Source of the DNA: Maricaulis sp.
GTDB lineage: Bacteria; Pseudomonadota; Alphaproteobacteria; Caulobacterales; Maricaulaceae
Length of the DNA stretch: 64,000 nucleotides
NCBI GenBank assembly: GCA_965657935.1
Contig: CBFHQE010000001.1
Span: 17,853-81,852, forward strand
Direction of reading: 5' to 3'
Shown here: piece by piece, positions 55,916-64,000 of the stretch
Numbering within the stretch: position 1 is the first letter of the stretch
Layout: each line of letters begins with the position of its first letter
Notes under the pieces: generated by a model
Told to the model about the DNA's origin: nothing
Seen by the model: the letters and a program-made list of their open reading frames with translations, nothing else
Database searches by the model: none
Position numbers and translations under genes: made by a program

Positions 55916-58900
55916 GGCTGGGCAACTCCAGACATCTCGCCCAACTGGGTCGATGCGATAGCAAGCTTGGAGAGCGTCCAGGCCCCAGAAGCATCGAGCT
56001 GACGCTGGACACTGTCAACACGACCCGCTTCTTCTTCATTGACGGTAATCCAGGCCTCGACCAGGTTCTCCGCCCATTCACGGCTCGGCTCTTCAACGCC
56101 TTGGGCCAGGGAGCCTCCGGCCTGAAGCGCGAAACGCATGGCAGACGCGGTCATGGCCTGCTGGCTCGCATAGAAGTCTTCCATCAGCCGACGCACGGCA
56201 AGACGATCCCAGTGCAGGTCGGAAACCACTTCCTGGCCCATGCCCCGCAAACGGTCAAAACGGAAACGCGCGCCCATCGCGTGATAGAGGAAGGCGGTTG
56301 GAGCCAGGGGCCAGTCACTGCTGATGGCCATGTCGATCACATCCGTCGACGAGGTGAGCGGGCGTAGTTCGGCAACAGCCCTCGCCAGCTCTTCCGGCGC
56401 TCCGGCTTCAACAAAGGCGGACCGGCGGGCCTCGAAACCCTGGCGCTCGTGATCGGATATGATCAGATGCACCATGGAACGCAGATGTTGAACGCCCGGC
56501 TGATAGGTGTCGATCACATCACGGATCGGCTCGGCCTTGGTGTGGGAACGATTGCGGTTGCGACGGACCAGCCAGTAGGTCTGGCGACGCAGGAGGCGGA
56601 TTATCTCTTCATGCAGCTGCAGCTGGACCCTGGCCGGCACGATATTGTCCAGCGCGTTGATCTGGTCGGTCAGCTCGGCATAACCGAACACCTGGCGACC
56701 AGCCTCGAAGGCGCGGGCAATCGACGGAACGGTCGCCGCCGTGCTGTCAATCGCGCGATGAATGAAGGTCGGGCCACCCAGATTGATCATCTCGTTGGCC
56801 AGGAGCGTGGATATGATCTCGCGCTTCAGGCGGTGCCCGTCCATACCATCGGTAAACTTGTGCAGCTGGTCCGGGAAGTAGTGGATCAGCATCGAGCTGA
56901 AATGTTCGTCATCCGGTAGATCAGAGGCCACCAGCTGATCGAACAGGGTGATCTTGGCGTAGGAGATGAGCACGGCCAGTTCCGGGCGGGTCAGGCCTTC
57001 GCCGCGCGCCTTGAGCGTCTGGATACTGTCGGCGGGCGGCAGGAATTCGACCTCCCGGTCCAGCTGTCCGAGGTCTTCCAGACGACTCATGAAGCGCTCA
57101 TGCGCATCAAGATCCGCGACCGCGGTCTTTTCCGCCATCGTCAGGGCGAGAGTCTGGTCGTAATTGTGCTGGAGAACGTGATCGGCAACATCATCCGTCA
57201 TGGATTCCAGCAGGTCATCGCGACTGCCACGGTCCATATCTCCGGCCCGCACCACCGGGCGCAGGAGGATCTTGATGTTGACCTCATGGTCTGAACTGTC
57301 CACGCCCGCAGAATTGTCGACAAAGTCGGCATTGGCGCGACCGCCATACCGGCTGAACTCGATCCGCGCGGACTGGGTGAAGCCCAGATTGGCACCTTCG
57401 CCGATGACTTTTGCGCCCACTTCCTCGGCATTGATGCGCAATCCGTCATTGGCCTTGTCGCCAACTTCCCAATGCTGTTCTTCCGTGGCTTTGACATAGG
57501 TGCCAATGCCCCCGAACCAGAGGAGCTCAGCCTCGGCCTTGAGCAGTGCCTGGATCAGTTCGGTCGGGCCGACAGAGTCGTCTACCAAACCCGTCAGCGC
57601 CTTGATTTCAGGCGTCAAGGTGATCGACTTTGAGCTGCGGGGGAATATGCCGCCGCCCTTGGAAATCAGGCTCTGGTTATAATCCTGCCAGGAGGAGCGG
57701 CCGAGCTTGAAGAGACGATCACGCTCTTCCCAGAGCGCAACCGGGTCTTGCGGGTCGGGATCAATGAAGATGTCGCGATGATCAAAGGCCGCAATCAACC
57801 GGATCTGCTTGGACAGCAGCATGCCGTTTCCGAACACGTCTCCGGACATGTCGCCGACGCCGACAACCGTGAACGGCTCGTTCTGGATATCCTTGCCCAG
57901 CTCCCGGAAATGGCGCTTGACGGACTCCCAGGCGCCACGCGCGGTAATGCCCATCTTCTTGTGGTCGTATCCGGCCGACCCACCCGAGGCGAACGCATCG
58001 CCCAGCCAGAAGTCGAACTCGTTCTCCGCCATGCCATTGGCCGTGTCAGAGAAAGTTGCGGTTCCCTTGTCAGCGGCGACAACGAGATACGGATCCTCGT
58101 CATCCCAGCACACAGAGCGGTCCGGGCGAATGACAGCGTCGTCAACGATATTGTCGGTGATGTCGAGCAGGCCACGAATAAAGGTCTTGTACGCTTCACG
58201 ACCCGCTTCGAAGACTTCATCGCGCGTACCGTTTCGCGGCAGGGTTTTGGGATAAAACCCACCCTTGGAACCAACCGGCACGATAACCGCGTTCTTGACC
58301 TGCTGGGCTTTCACCAGTCCGAGAACCTCGGTCCGGAAATCATCCCGTCGATCAGACCAGCGCAGACCCCCGCGGGCGACGGGGCCGAAACGCAGATGCA
58401 CACCTTCGACATCCGGCGCCCAGACGAAAATCTCGCGATAGGGCTTCGGCAATGGTAGCTCTTCGAGTAACTCGCTGGCGATCTTGATGGAGATACGCGG
58501 CCTTGGGTCACCATTCTCATCGCGCTGAAAGAAATTGGTCCTCAGCGTAGCTTCGATGAGATGGAAAATCCGGCGCAGGGCTCGGTCATGGTCAAGGCTG
58601 GCAACGGCATCGAGCTGTTCGCGCAATGACTGGGAAACCTCCCAGACCGCATCGCCACGCACCTTCATATCACCGTCGAACTCCGGATCAAACTTGACCC
58701 GCGCCAGTTCGAGCAGCCCCTTGGCAATGCCTGGATTGGCGGCCAGCGCCTCTTCCTGGATGCTCTGTGAAGGATCCAGGCCCGTCTGCTGGCGATAGCG
58801 GGCACATGTGCGCAGGAAAGCCGCCTCCCGCCAGGTCACGCCGATCTCGACGATCAGGCGATTGAAGCCATCATCTTCGGCCCGGCCCTCGGCCATGGCC

Positions 58901-60837
58901 AGCAGGGCGCTTTCCAGCTCACCAGCGTATTCTTCGAGGGAGCGGCCTCTGAGCACATCGGATTTCATTTCGAAATCATGCACATAAGCCCGGTCGAGTG
59001 CCTGACCTTCTTCGGCTCGGCGATCGACCGGGAAGCCCGTTTCCTGCACCACGACAAGACCGAGATTCTCCAACACCGGCATGACCCGGGACAGGGAGAC
59101 CGGTTTCTGGATGCGATAGATCTTCAGCCGCAGCTCGTTATCAGCGTCATCCGGCTCGGTATAAACCCGGACCGCGACTTGTTTCGGGTCCGTCAGGCCC
59201 TCAATCTTGATGACGTCCTGGAGGGCTTCTTCGGGATCATACAGCTCGCGGTAACCTGCCTTGAAAGCACCTTCATAAGCGGGCATGCGCAAACGAACCC
59301 TGTCGGTCGCCGTGCGCCGCACATGGGTTTCGAAATCGTCTTCCCAGGTCCGGGCAAGCAGGGCGACACGACGCTCCAGCTCATCGACGTCCGGCTCAGG
59401 GTGATCAAACGGGTTCAGACCGATGATGTAGTGGACCCGCGCCAGCGGGCTGTCGCCGAATTGGGGATAATAGGCGGACAAACGCCCCCCAAACGCGTCC
59501 CGGATCAGCTCACCCGCCTGTTCACGGACCTTCGAGTTATAGCGGTCACGCGGAACATAGAGCAGGGCGGAAACAAACCGGTCGAACTGGTCACGGCGAA
59601 TGAAAAGCTTGGTACGCGGCCGGTCATTGAGATGAAGAATGCCCAGGCTGATTTCCAGCAGATCATTTTCATCGGTCTGGAACAGCTCGTCGCGTGGGTA
59701 GTTTTCGACCGTGTTGCGCAGTTTCTTGGCATTGTGCGTACCAGGCGTCTTGCCAGCGCGCTCGAGCACGCGGCGAACCTTGCGGCGGATCAGCGGGACA
59801 TCGCTGGCGCTCTGGTCATAGGCTTCCGCCGTGAACAGGCCAACAAAACGGGCTTCACCAATAACCGCACCGTCTTCGCGATAACGTTTGACGCCGATAT
59901 AATCCATGTAGACCCGACGGTGCACACGGCTCTTCATATTCGCCTTGGCGACGATGATCGGGGTCGGCTCGCGCAGGAAAGTCTCGATGGCCGGCGTCAG
60001 AACCGCCGGCTCGGAGCCCTTGCGCAGAACGTGGCGATCTGGATCACGAAGCACGCCACGACCGGTGTCCGTGCGCACGCGCGGCACACGACTCGCCATG
60101 GCGCCGTCTTCCTCGACTTCGAAATCATAGACCCGACAGCCCAGAAAGGCGAAATGGTCGTCGCGGATCCAGCGCAGGAATTCCAGCGCTTCAGCCATCT
60201 CTTCCGGAGAGGCATGGCTAAGCGCGGCTTCAAGGTGAGCGATGGCTTCGTCCATCTGGGCGCGCATATCGGCCCAGTCCTCAACAGCCACACGGACATC
60301 ATCCAATGTGCCGGTGACACCATCAATGAGACTTTGTTGGGACAAGTCATCGAGCGGTGGCAGGTGCACCTGGATCATGGATTCCGGCAGTATCCGCCCG
60401 CCTTCATCCACTCTCTCGCCCTGCTTGGCACGGCGGGCCTGAACAATAGGGTGGAACATGGCGATGATATCGTGGCCCTGGGCCCCGATTTCCGCCATGA
60501 CGGAATCAACGATGAAAGGTCGGTCTCGACCGATGATTTCCAGAACGCTACGCGGCATTTCCGTGCCGTCTGCGCGTTCTGCAGGGCGCATGCGAATGAG
60601 AATTTCATCTCCCGGACGCTCACCACCGAGCATCCAGAATTCCAGGCTCATCTTGGCCAGGTCATCCGCAGAAACACCCTCCAGATCCTCGGAGAGTGCG
60701 TCATCAAAAATCTGAGAAAAAAAGGAGTTTCCGAGATCTCCGCATTCTTTTCCGAATGCGTCCTGCCAACGCTTGCGCGCAGCTTCCATGAACTCGGCGC
60801 GCGTATAGGCGTGCGCTACTCCGACGACCGCCCCCAT
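55912..60837 (-). CDS. gdhB: NAD-specific glutamate dehydrogenase, large (about 180 kDa) type
   Basis: 1641 aa from ATG 60837 (AGGGAG RBS). The catalytic core region is ...RGGLRWSDR...LVKAQQVKNAVIVPVGSKGGF... with the family's long N- and C-terminal extensions. Confidence 0.93.
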   Translation of the reverse strand: MGAVVGVAHAYTRAEFMEAARKRWQDAFGKECGDLGNSFFSQIFDDALSEDLEGVSADDLAKMSLEFWMLGGERPGDEILIRMRPAERADGTEMPRSVLEIIGRDRPFIVDSVMAEIGAQGHDIIAMFHPIVQARRAKQGERVDEGGRILPESMIQVHLPPLDDLSQQSLIDGVTGTLDDVRVAVEDWADMRAQMDEAIAHLEAALSHASPEEMAEALEFLRWIRDDHFAFLGCRVYDFEVEEDGAMASRVPRVRTDTGRGVLRDPDRHVLRKGSEPAVLTPAIETFLREPTPIIVAKANMKSRVHRRVYMDYIGVKRYREDGAVIGEARFVGLFTAEAYDQSASDVPLIRRKVRRVLERAGKTPGTHNAKKLRNTVENYPRDELFQTDENDLLEISLGILHLNDRPRTKLFIRRDQFDRFVSALLYVPRDRYNSKVREQAGELIRDAFGGRLSAYYPQFGDSPLARVHYIIGLNPFDHPEPDVDELERRVALLARTWEDDFETHVRRTATDRVRLRMPAYEGAFKAGYRELYDPEEALQDVIKIEGLTDPKQVAVRVYTEPDDADNELRLKIYRIQKPVSLSRVMPVLENLGLVVVQETGFPVDRRAEEGQALDRAYVHDFEMKSDVLRGRSLEEYAGELESALLAMAEGRAEDDGFNRLIVEIGVTWREAAFLRTCARYRQQTGLDPSQSIQEEALAANPGIAKGLLELARVKFDPEFDGDMKVRGDAVWEVSQSLREQLDAVASLDHDRALRRIFHLIEATLRTNFFQRDENGDPRPRISIKIASELLEELPLPKPYREIFVWAPDVEGVHLRFGPVARGGLRWSDRRDDFRTEVLGLVKAQQVKNAVIVPVGSKGGFYPKTLPRNGTRDEVFEAGREAYKTFIRGLLDITDNIVDDAVIRPDRSVCWDDEDPYLVVAADKGTATFSDTANGMAENEFDFWLGDAFASGGSAGYDHKKMGITARGAWESVKRHFRELGKDIQNEPFTVVGVGDMSGDVFGNGMLLSKQIRLIAAFDHRDIFIDPDPQDPVALWEERDRLFKLGRSSWQDYNQSLISKGGGIFPRSSKSITLTPEIKALTGLVDDSVGPTELIQALLKAEAELLWFGGIGTYVKATEEQHWEVGDKANDGLRINAEEVGAKVIGEGANLGFTQSARIEFSRYGGRANADFVDNSAGVDSSDHEVNIKILLRPVVRAGDMDRGSRDDLLESMTDDVADHVLQHNYDQTLALTMAEKTAVADLDAHERFMSRLEDLGQLDREVEFLPPADSIQTLKARGEGLTRPELAVLISYAKITLFDQLVASDLPDDEHFSSMLIHYFPDQLHKFTDGMDGHRLKREIISTLLANEMINLGGPTFIHRAIDSTAATVPSIARAFEAGRQVFGYAELTDQINALDNIVPARVQLQLHEEIIRLLRRQTYWLVRRNRNRSHTKAEPIRDVIDTYQPGVQHLRSMVHLIISDHERQGFEARRSAFVEAGAPEELARAVAELRPLTSSTDVIDMAISSDWPLAPTAFLYHAMGARFRFDRLRGMGQEVVSDLHWDRLAVRRLMEDFYASQQAMTASAMRFALQAGGSLAQGVEEPSREWAENLVEAWITVNEEEAGRVDSVQRQLDASGAWTLSKLAIASTQLGEMSGVAQP

Positions 60838-61139
60838 GGTGCAGATCTCCCTGACTGCTTTATTTTCCCGGAGCCTAGACCTGTTTGCGCCGCGCGCAAG
60901 CCAAACCCGCCGCATATGCTGCAAACCGGATTTCGGAAAATGCAGGCGCTACGGCGTGTTAGCGGTCACGCAGATATTAGGGGGCTGGAGGGAAGAGAGA
61001 CGACGGCACCGCCGAGTAGGGACAGGGGAACCCGGCGGTGCCTTCAGACCCCAATCGGCAGGCTGGGGGGACGCACGTTAGAGGCCTGATCGTCTCAACA
61101 GTTTCGAGTTCTAGGGGGAGGTCCCGAAACCGTGTTACG

Positions 61140-61238
61140 TCAACTTATGTAGAGACCGTTTGTCTGATTCCAAGAGGCAACGGCGATAGAAGCCGTCAAA
61201 ATCAAACCCGCGATCGCAACAGAGATAAAACGCGCCAT
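61140..61238 (-). CDS. possible small membrane/secreted peptide (32 aa)
   Basis: ATG 61238 follows GAGGG. It encodes MARFISVAIAGLILTASIAVASWNQTNGLYIS. Too short to validate from sequence alone. Confidence 0.25.
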   Translation of the reverse strand: MARFISVAIAGLILTASIAVASWNQTNGLYIS

Positions 61239-61388
61239 ATCGATACCCTCGCTTTCTGGCAGCGGCGGGCGCTTTAACCGTCGCTGAAAACGATATGGGG
61301 GCCACAGATGGAATTTACACCCCTGAGGTTTTCACAGGTTTGTGAGGGCCTGCATGCCCCGGGTTCGCGACGATCAAACCCGGCAGAT

Positions 61389-62336
61389 CTAGTATCTCAG
61401 CGTCACCATTGAATAGCCGAACAGGCTTGTCGACGCATCCGGCGCACCGGGCGCGTCGTCAGCAAACTCACCTCGCTCGAAGATGGCGCCACCGAACTCC
61501 AGCTGCAGACGGTCGGGGATCATCCAATAGCGAAGACGCGTATCAAGATGATGGCCAACAAAACGGCCTGACTGCCCCGTCACATCTCGAAGTCGCCCAT
61601 CTGTCCAGACATCCGTGGCAGAAGCCAGCCAACCCGCCTTGTACAGCACACGCAGGTCCAGCGCTGCGTCGCGCCGCATGGTCAGGCGGATGCCGGGAGC
61701 CAGAATATTCTCGCGCCGCAGCGGGCCATGCATGCCCGTCTGGCCGAAATCCCGACGCCGCAATCCGTAGAGCAGATCATATCGGCCCCAGTCTGCATCG
61801 CCCGCATCGCCGTCGCCCGAGGCATACTCGATTTCTGCAGACAACCGCGGAGACCAGGGCGACGTAAACGTATAGCCAATCTCGGCATGGCCTGTTGCCG
61901 CAGAGACATCGCGCGCGGGCGCGGCGTCTGAGCGCGTTTCCGAACGCTCGCCCCACTGGACTGCTCCCTCGAAGTCGAAATCCCAGCGCCCCGCCGCGGG
62001 CGCGCGATAGTACCGACCACCCAGGGTCAGCAATTGCCGATCAGCCGTTGCCAGGTCAGAACTGTCCGTCTCGTCGAGTGCAAACAAGAAGGCTTCGTAC
62101 CGGGTGCGCGGCGCGCTCAGATTACGCTGATAGTGCAGGCCAAATTGGACGATTTCAACGAGATAGTGGAGATCACGGCCGCACATAACAGATATCGCTT
62201 CAACGTTAAGCAAAGGGTCGACGAGATTCTGTTCGACGGCGGACTTTACCATCCAGCGATGCGTCGCCTCATAGGTTTGAGCTTCATCACGATAACGAAA
62301 ATTATCGATCACCGCCTCACACAGAAGGTCGCTCAT
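61389..62336 (-). CDS. alginate-export (AlgE-like) family outer-membrane beta-barrel, apparently lacking its N-terminus and signal peptide (possible pseudogene)
   Basis: The C-terminal roughly 240 aa fit the family (…IGYTF…RLSAEIEYASGDGD…WGRYDLLYG…, terminal ...MVTLRY). There is no signal peptide, and the first roughly 75 codons are low-GC and unlike the family. Confidence 0.6.
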   Translation of the reverse strand: MSDLLCEAVIDNFRYRDEAQTYEATHRWMVKSAVEQNLVDPLLNVEAISVMCGRDLHYLVEIVQFGLHYQRNLSAPRTRYEAFLFALDETDSSDLATADRQLLTLGGRYYRAPAAGRWDFDFEGAVQWGERSETRSDAAPARDVSAATGHAEIGYTFTSPWSPRLSAEIEYASGDGDAGDADWGRYDLLYGLRRRDFGQTGMHGPLRRENILAPGIRLTMRRDAALDLRVLYKAGWLASATDVWTDGRLRDVTGQSGRFVGHHLDTRLRYWMIPDRLQLEFGGAIFERGEFADDAPGAPDASTSLFGYSMVTLRY

Positions 62337-62793
62337 GTTCTCTCGTCCTGGTCAGACGAATTTATTAATACCAGTCATTTAGCGCGCTTGGGAAAACCCC
62401 GCGCAATCTTCGATTTCGTCAATCACAGCAGTACAACCCGCACCTTGAGTTGTGATTAAAACCCAACCTAACTTCAGGAACCCACATAATCTAAAACTAT
62501 CACCAGAGCAGGTGTTCGGTGTTCTTCGAAACATGGACATGGCGGCAAATTTTCCGATAGGCCAGCGTGTACAGCGGTAGATAGCGGAAATGTGGTCCGA
62601 TCTGATTGGTAACCAGGTCGAGACATTCGGGTATAAACCCCGACATTTCTTTGAGCAGGTCGGAATAAGTTTACAACTGAGCGGTTCGCTGAAGAATTCA
62701 TACCTGCGGGCGACCCTACGGACTGTATTGTATTCTGCCACCCATGACCAAAATGCGACATACTGAAATAAAGCCACAGAAATTGAGGACAAG

Positions 62794-63180
62794 ATGAGTG
62801 CCAGAGGCCCGACGAGTATTGATCAGCATGTAGGCGCACGCCTGCGTCTGCGCCGAAGTTTGCTGGAGATGAGCCAGTCCGAGCTCGGCGAAAAACTCGG
62901 CGTAACCTTCCAGCAGGTCCAGAAGTACGAGCGCGGCACCAATCGCATTGGCGCCAGCCGTCTTTTCCATGTCGCCAAGGTCATGGAAGTCCCGGTCGCC
63001 TACTTCTTTGAAGGTCTGGATGAGAGCGGCAGTTCGGAGCTGAAGGGTGAAGATTCCGACACGCTCTATGATTTCATCGCCAGCCCGGATGGCCTGGCCT
63101 TGGCATCAGCCTTTTCCGGCATCAAGGACCAGACGGTCCGTCGCCGCGTCATTGACTTGCTGCGTTCCCTTTCGGAATAG
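62794..63180 (+). CDS. XRE-family helix-turn-helix transcriptional regulator
   Basis: VGARLRLRRSLLEMSQSELGEKLGVTFQQVQKYERGTNRIGASRLFHVAKVMEV is a Cro/C1-type HTH. 128 aa. Confidence 0.85.
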   Translation: MSARGPTSIDQHVGARLRLRRSLLEMSQSELGEKLGVTFQQVQKYERGTNRIGASRLFHVAKVMEVPVAYFFEGLDESGSSELKGEDSDTLYDFIASPDGLALASAFSGIKDQTVRRRVIDLLRSLSE

Positions 63181-63204
63181 CCGAGCAAACATCAAGATGA
63201 ATTG

Positions 63205-63240
63205 AAGCCGAATGGGTTTGCCCCCGTTCGGCTTTTTTTC
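63205..63240 (+). terminator. rho-independent terminator after the XRE gene
   Basis: AAGCCGAA ... TTCGGCTT stem (14-nt loop) followed by T7. Confidence 0.6.
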
Positions 63241-63328
63241 TGCCGCTGAATTTCCTTCGCTCAGCCCCGGAGCCGTCTCACACTGCGGGAATCCTGACAC
63301 GGCTTGGCCCCGGCAACAGGAGAGCGAT

Positions 63329-63481
63329 ATGCGCAAGACCAGCGAAAATCCGACCCACTACGATACGAGCTACAGCTCGATAGAGCTCCTGCATGGCACA
63401 TTCCGCGCAAAGGCGGTCGCACGTGAACGCAAGCCGATACATGCCAGCGAGATACTCAAGAAGATCTTCAGGAAACTTTGA
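63329..63481 (+). CDS. small hypothetical protein (50 aa)
   Basis: ATG 63329 lies 5 nt after AGGAG. It encodes MRKTSENPTHYDTSYSSIELLHGTFRAKAVARERKPIHASEILKKIFRKL. GC is lower than the surroundings. No family recognised. Confidence 0.35.
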   Translation: MRKTSENPTHYDTSYSSIELLHGTFRAKAVARERKPIHASEILKKIFRKL

Positions 63482-63488
63482 AAAGGAA

Positions 63489-63563
63489 TGGAGCGGGCGA
63501 TGAGATTCGAACTCACGACATTCACCTTGGCAAGGTGACGCTCTACCCCTGAGCTACGCCCGC
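63489..63563 (-). tRNA. tRNA-Gly: tRNA-Gly (anticodon GCC), CCA encoded
   Basis: The reverse complement GCGGGCGTAGCTCAGGGGTAGAGCGTCACCTTGCCAAGGTGAATGTCGTGAGTTCGAATCTCATCGCCCGCTCCA folds as a cloverleaf. It has a 7-bp acceptor, a GCTC/GAGC D-stem, a TCACC/GGTGA anticodon stem with loop TTGCCAA, and a GTGAG/CTCAT T-stem with TTCGAAT. Confidence 0.93.
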
Positions 63564-63695
63564 TCAATGTTTGCAAGGCCGGGGCCCCGCTGGGGAGCGG
63601 GGTATATCGCGCAAACGGATAAGGAATGCAAGCCCCTCAAGCCGTTCTGATGCAGCGGCCTTGAAATGCCCACGCAGGCAGGCTTCAAAAGGGTT

Positions 63696-64000
63696 ATGCA
63701 CAAGAGCCGACAAGACTTGTTCGACTTCCTGGATACGCTCGGGATCGCCCACTCCACTGTGGACCACGAACCCGTTTTCACGGTCGAGGAAGGCCAGCAC
63801 ATCAAGGCCTCCATGCCGGGTGGGCACACGAAAAACCTCTTCCTCAGGGACAAGAAGGGGCGGATCGTGTTGATTTCCGCACTGGGCGAGACAAGGATCC
63901 GCATCAACAAGCTACATCAGGAGCTGGGCACGCAGCGCCTGTCTTTTGGCAAGGAAGATCTCCTCCAAGAAACGCTTGGCGTCAGGCCGGGCTCGGTCAC
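63696..64000 (+). CDS. YbaK/ProX-like prolyl-tRNA editing domain protein (N-terminal part, continues beyond window)
   Basis: Not in the track because it has no stop. ATG 63696 gives [65 protein letters not shown]..., the pattern of a prolyl-tRNA-synthetase-associated domain. Confidence 0.8.
   Translation, partial: MHKSRQDLFDFLDTLGIAHSTVDHEPVFTVEEGQHIKASMPGGHTKNLFLRDKKGRIVLISALGETRIRINKLHQELGTQRLSFGKEDLLQETLGVRPGSV

Noticed and set aside
58978-61089. 703-aa ORF antisense to the NAD-glutamate dehydrogenase gene
   Set aside because: It lies entirely opposite a well-supported 1641-aa gene. It has R/H/G/Q-rich low-information sequence and no RBS. Long stop-free antisense frames are expected in high-GC genes with strong codon bias.
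62379-62839. ORFs 62379..62792 and 62474..62839 (minus), and an unlisted 58-codon plus-strand ORF from 62590, inside the low-GC tract
   Set aside because: They have no RBS, their translations are Cys/Trp/Arg-rich and implausible, they overlap one another, and I recognise no similarity to any family.
61389-63563. Integrated genomic island or prophage remnant at tRNA-Gly
   Set aside because: I found no integrase, transposase or phage genes. I also could not find a direct repeat of the tRNA 3' end in the 2 kb downstream of it. Only the compositional anomaly and the truncated porin remain, and these are reported as a finding.

Overview
This is a high-GC chromosomal segment, above 60% G+C by eye in most genes. 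The gene repertoire looks alphaproteobacterial: the RegB/RegA-SenC redox system, system-I cytochrome c maturation genes ccmABCDG, DUF2794, a DUF1674/SDHAF4-like protein and a roughly 1640-aa NAD-glutamate dehydrogenase. I call about 60 protein-coding genes, one tRNA-Gly(GCC), several rho-independent terminators and hairpins, and one candidate structured mRNA leader. I saw no rRNA, CRISPR array, transposase, integrase or prophage genes. Most of the content is housekeeping: asd, acnA, argG, pyrF, rpe, purH, rsmB, htpX, a PBP1A and phaZ. Many long ORFs in the supplied track lie antisense to these genes and are rich in R/H/G/Q. I treat them as GC-driven shadow ORFs. Several track ORFs are also over-extended at the 5' end, and I give shorter starts where an RBS or signal peptide supports one. 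I could not identify a convincing new multi-gene system such as a defence or secretion module. The most unusual observations are these. (1) The ccm cluster is split by a three-gene insert that includes a frameshifted DUF6265-like gene. (2) The CcmG-like protein has an atypical C-I-D-C active site. (3) A MarR regulator carries a roughly 50-aa lysine/alanine-rich histone-like tail. (4) An AraC regulator is cut by an in-frame TAA that is followed directly by ATG. (5) A structured leader lies upstream of the BI-1/YbhL-family gene and may be the alphaproteobacterial ybhL RNA motif. (6) A roughly 0.7-kb tract of about 47% G+C, with no credible gene, abuts a 5'-truncated alginate-export porin near tRNA-Gly. 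All family assignments come from motif and sequence recognition by eye. No database search was run.
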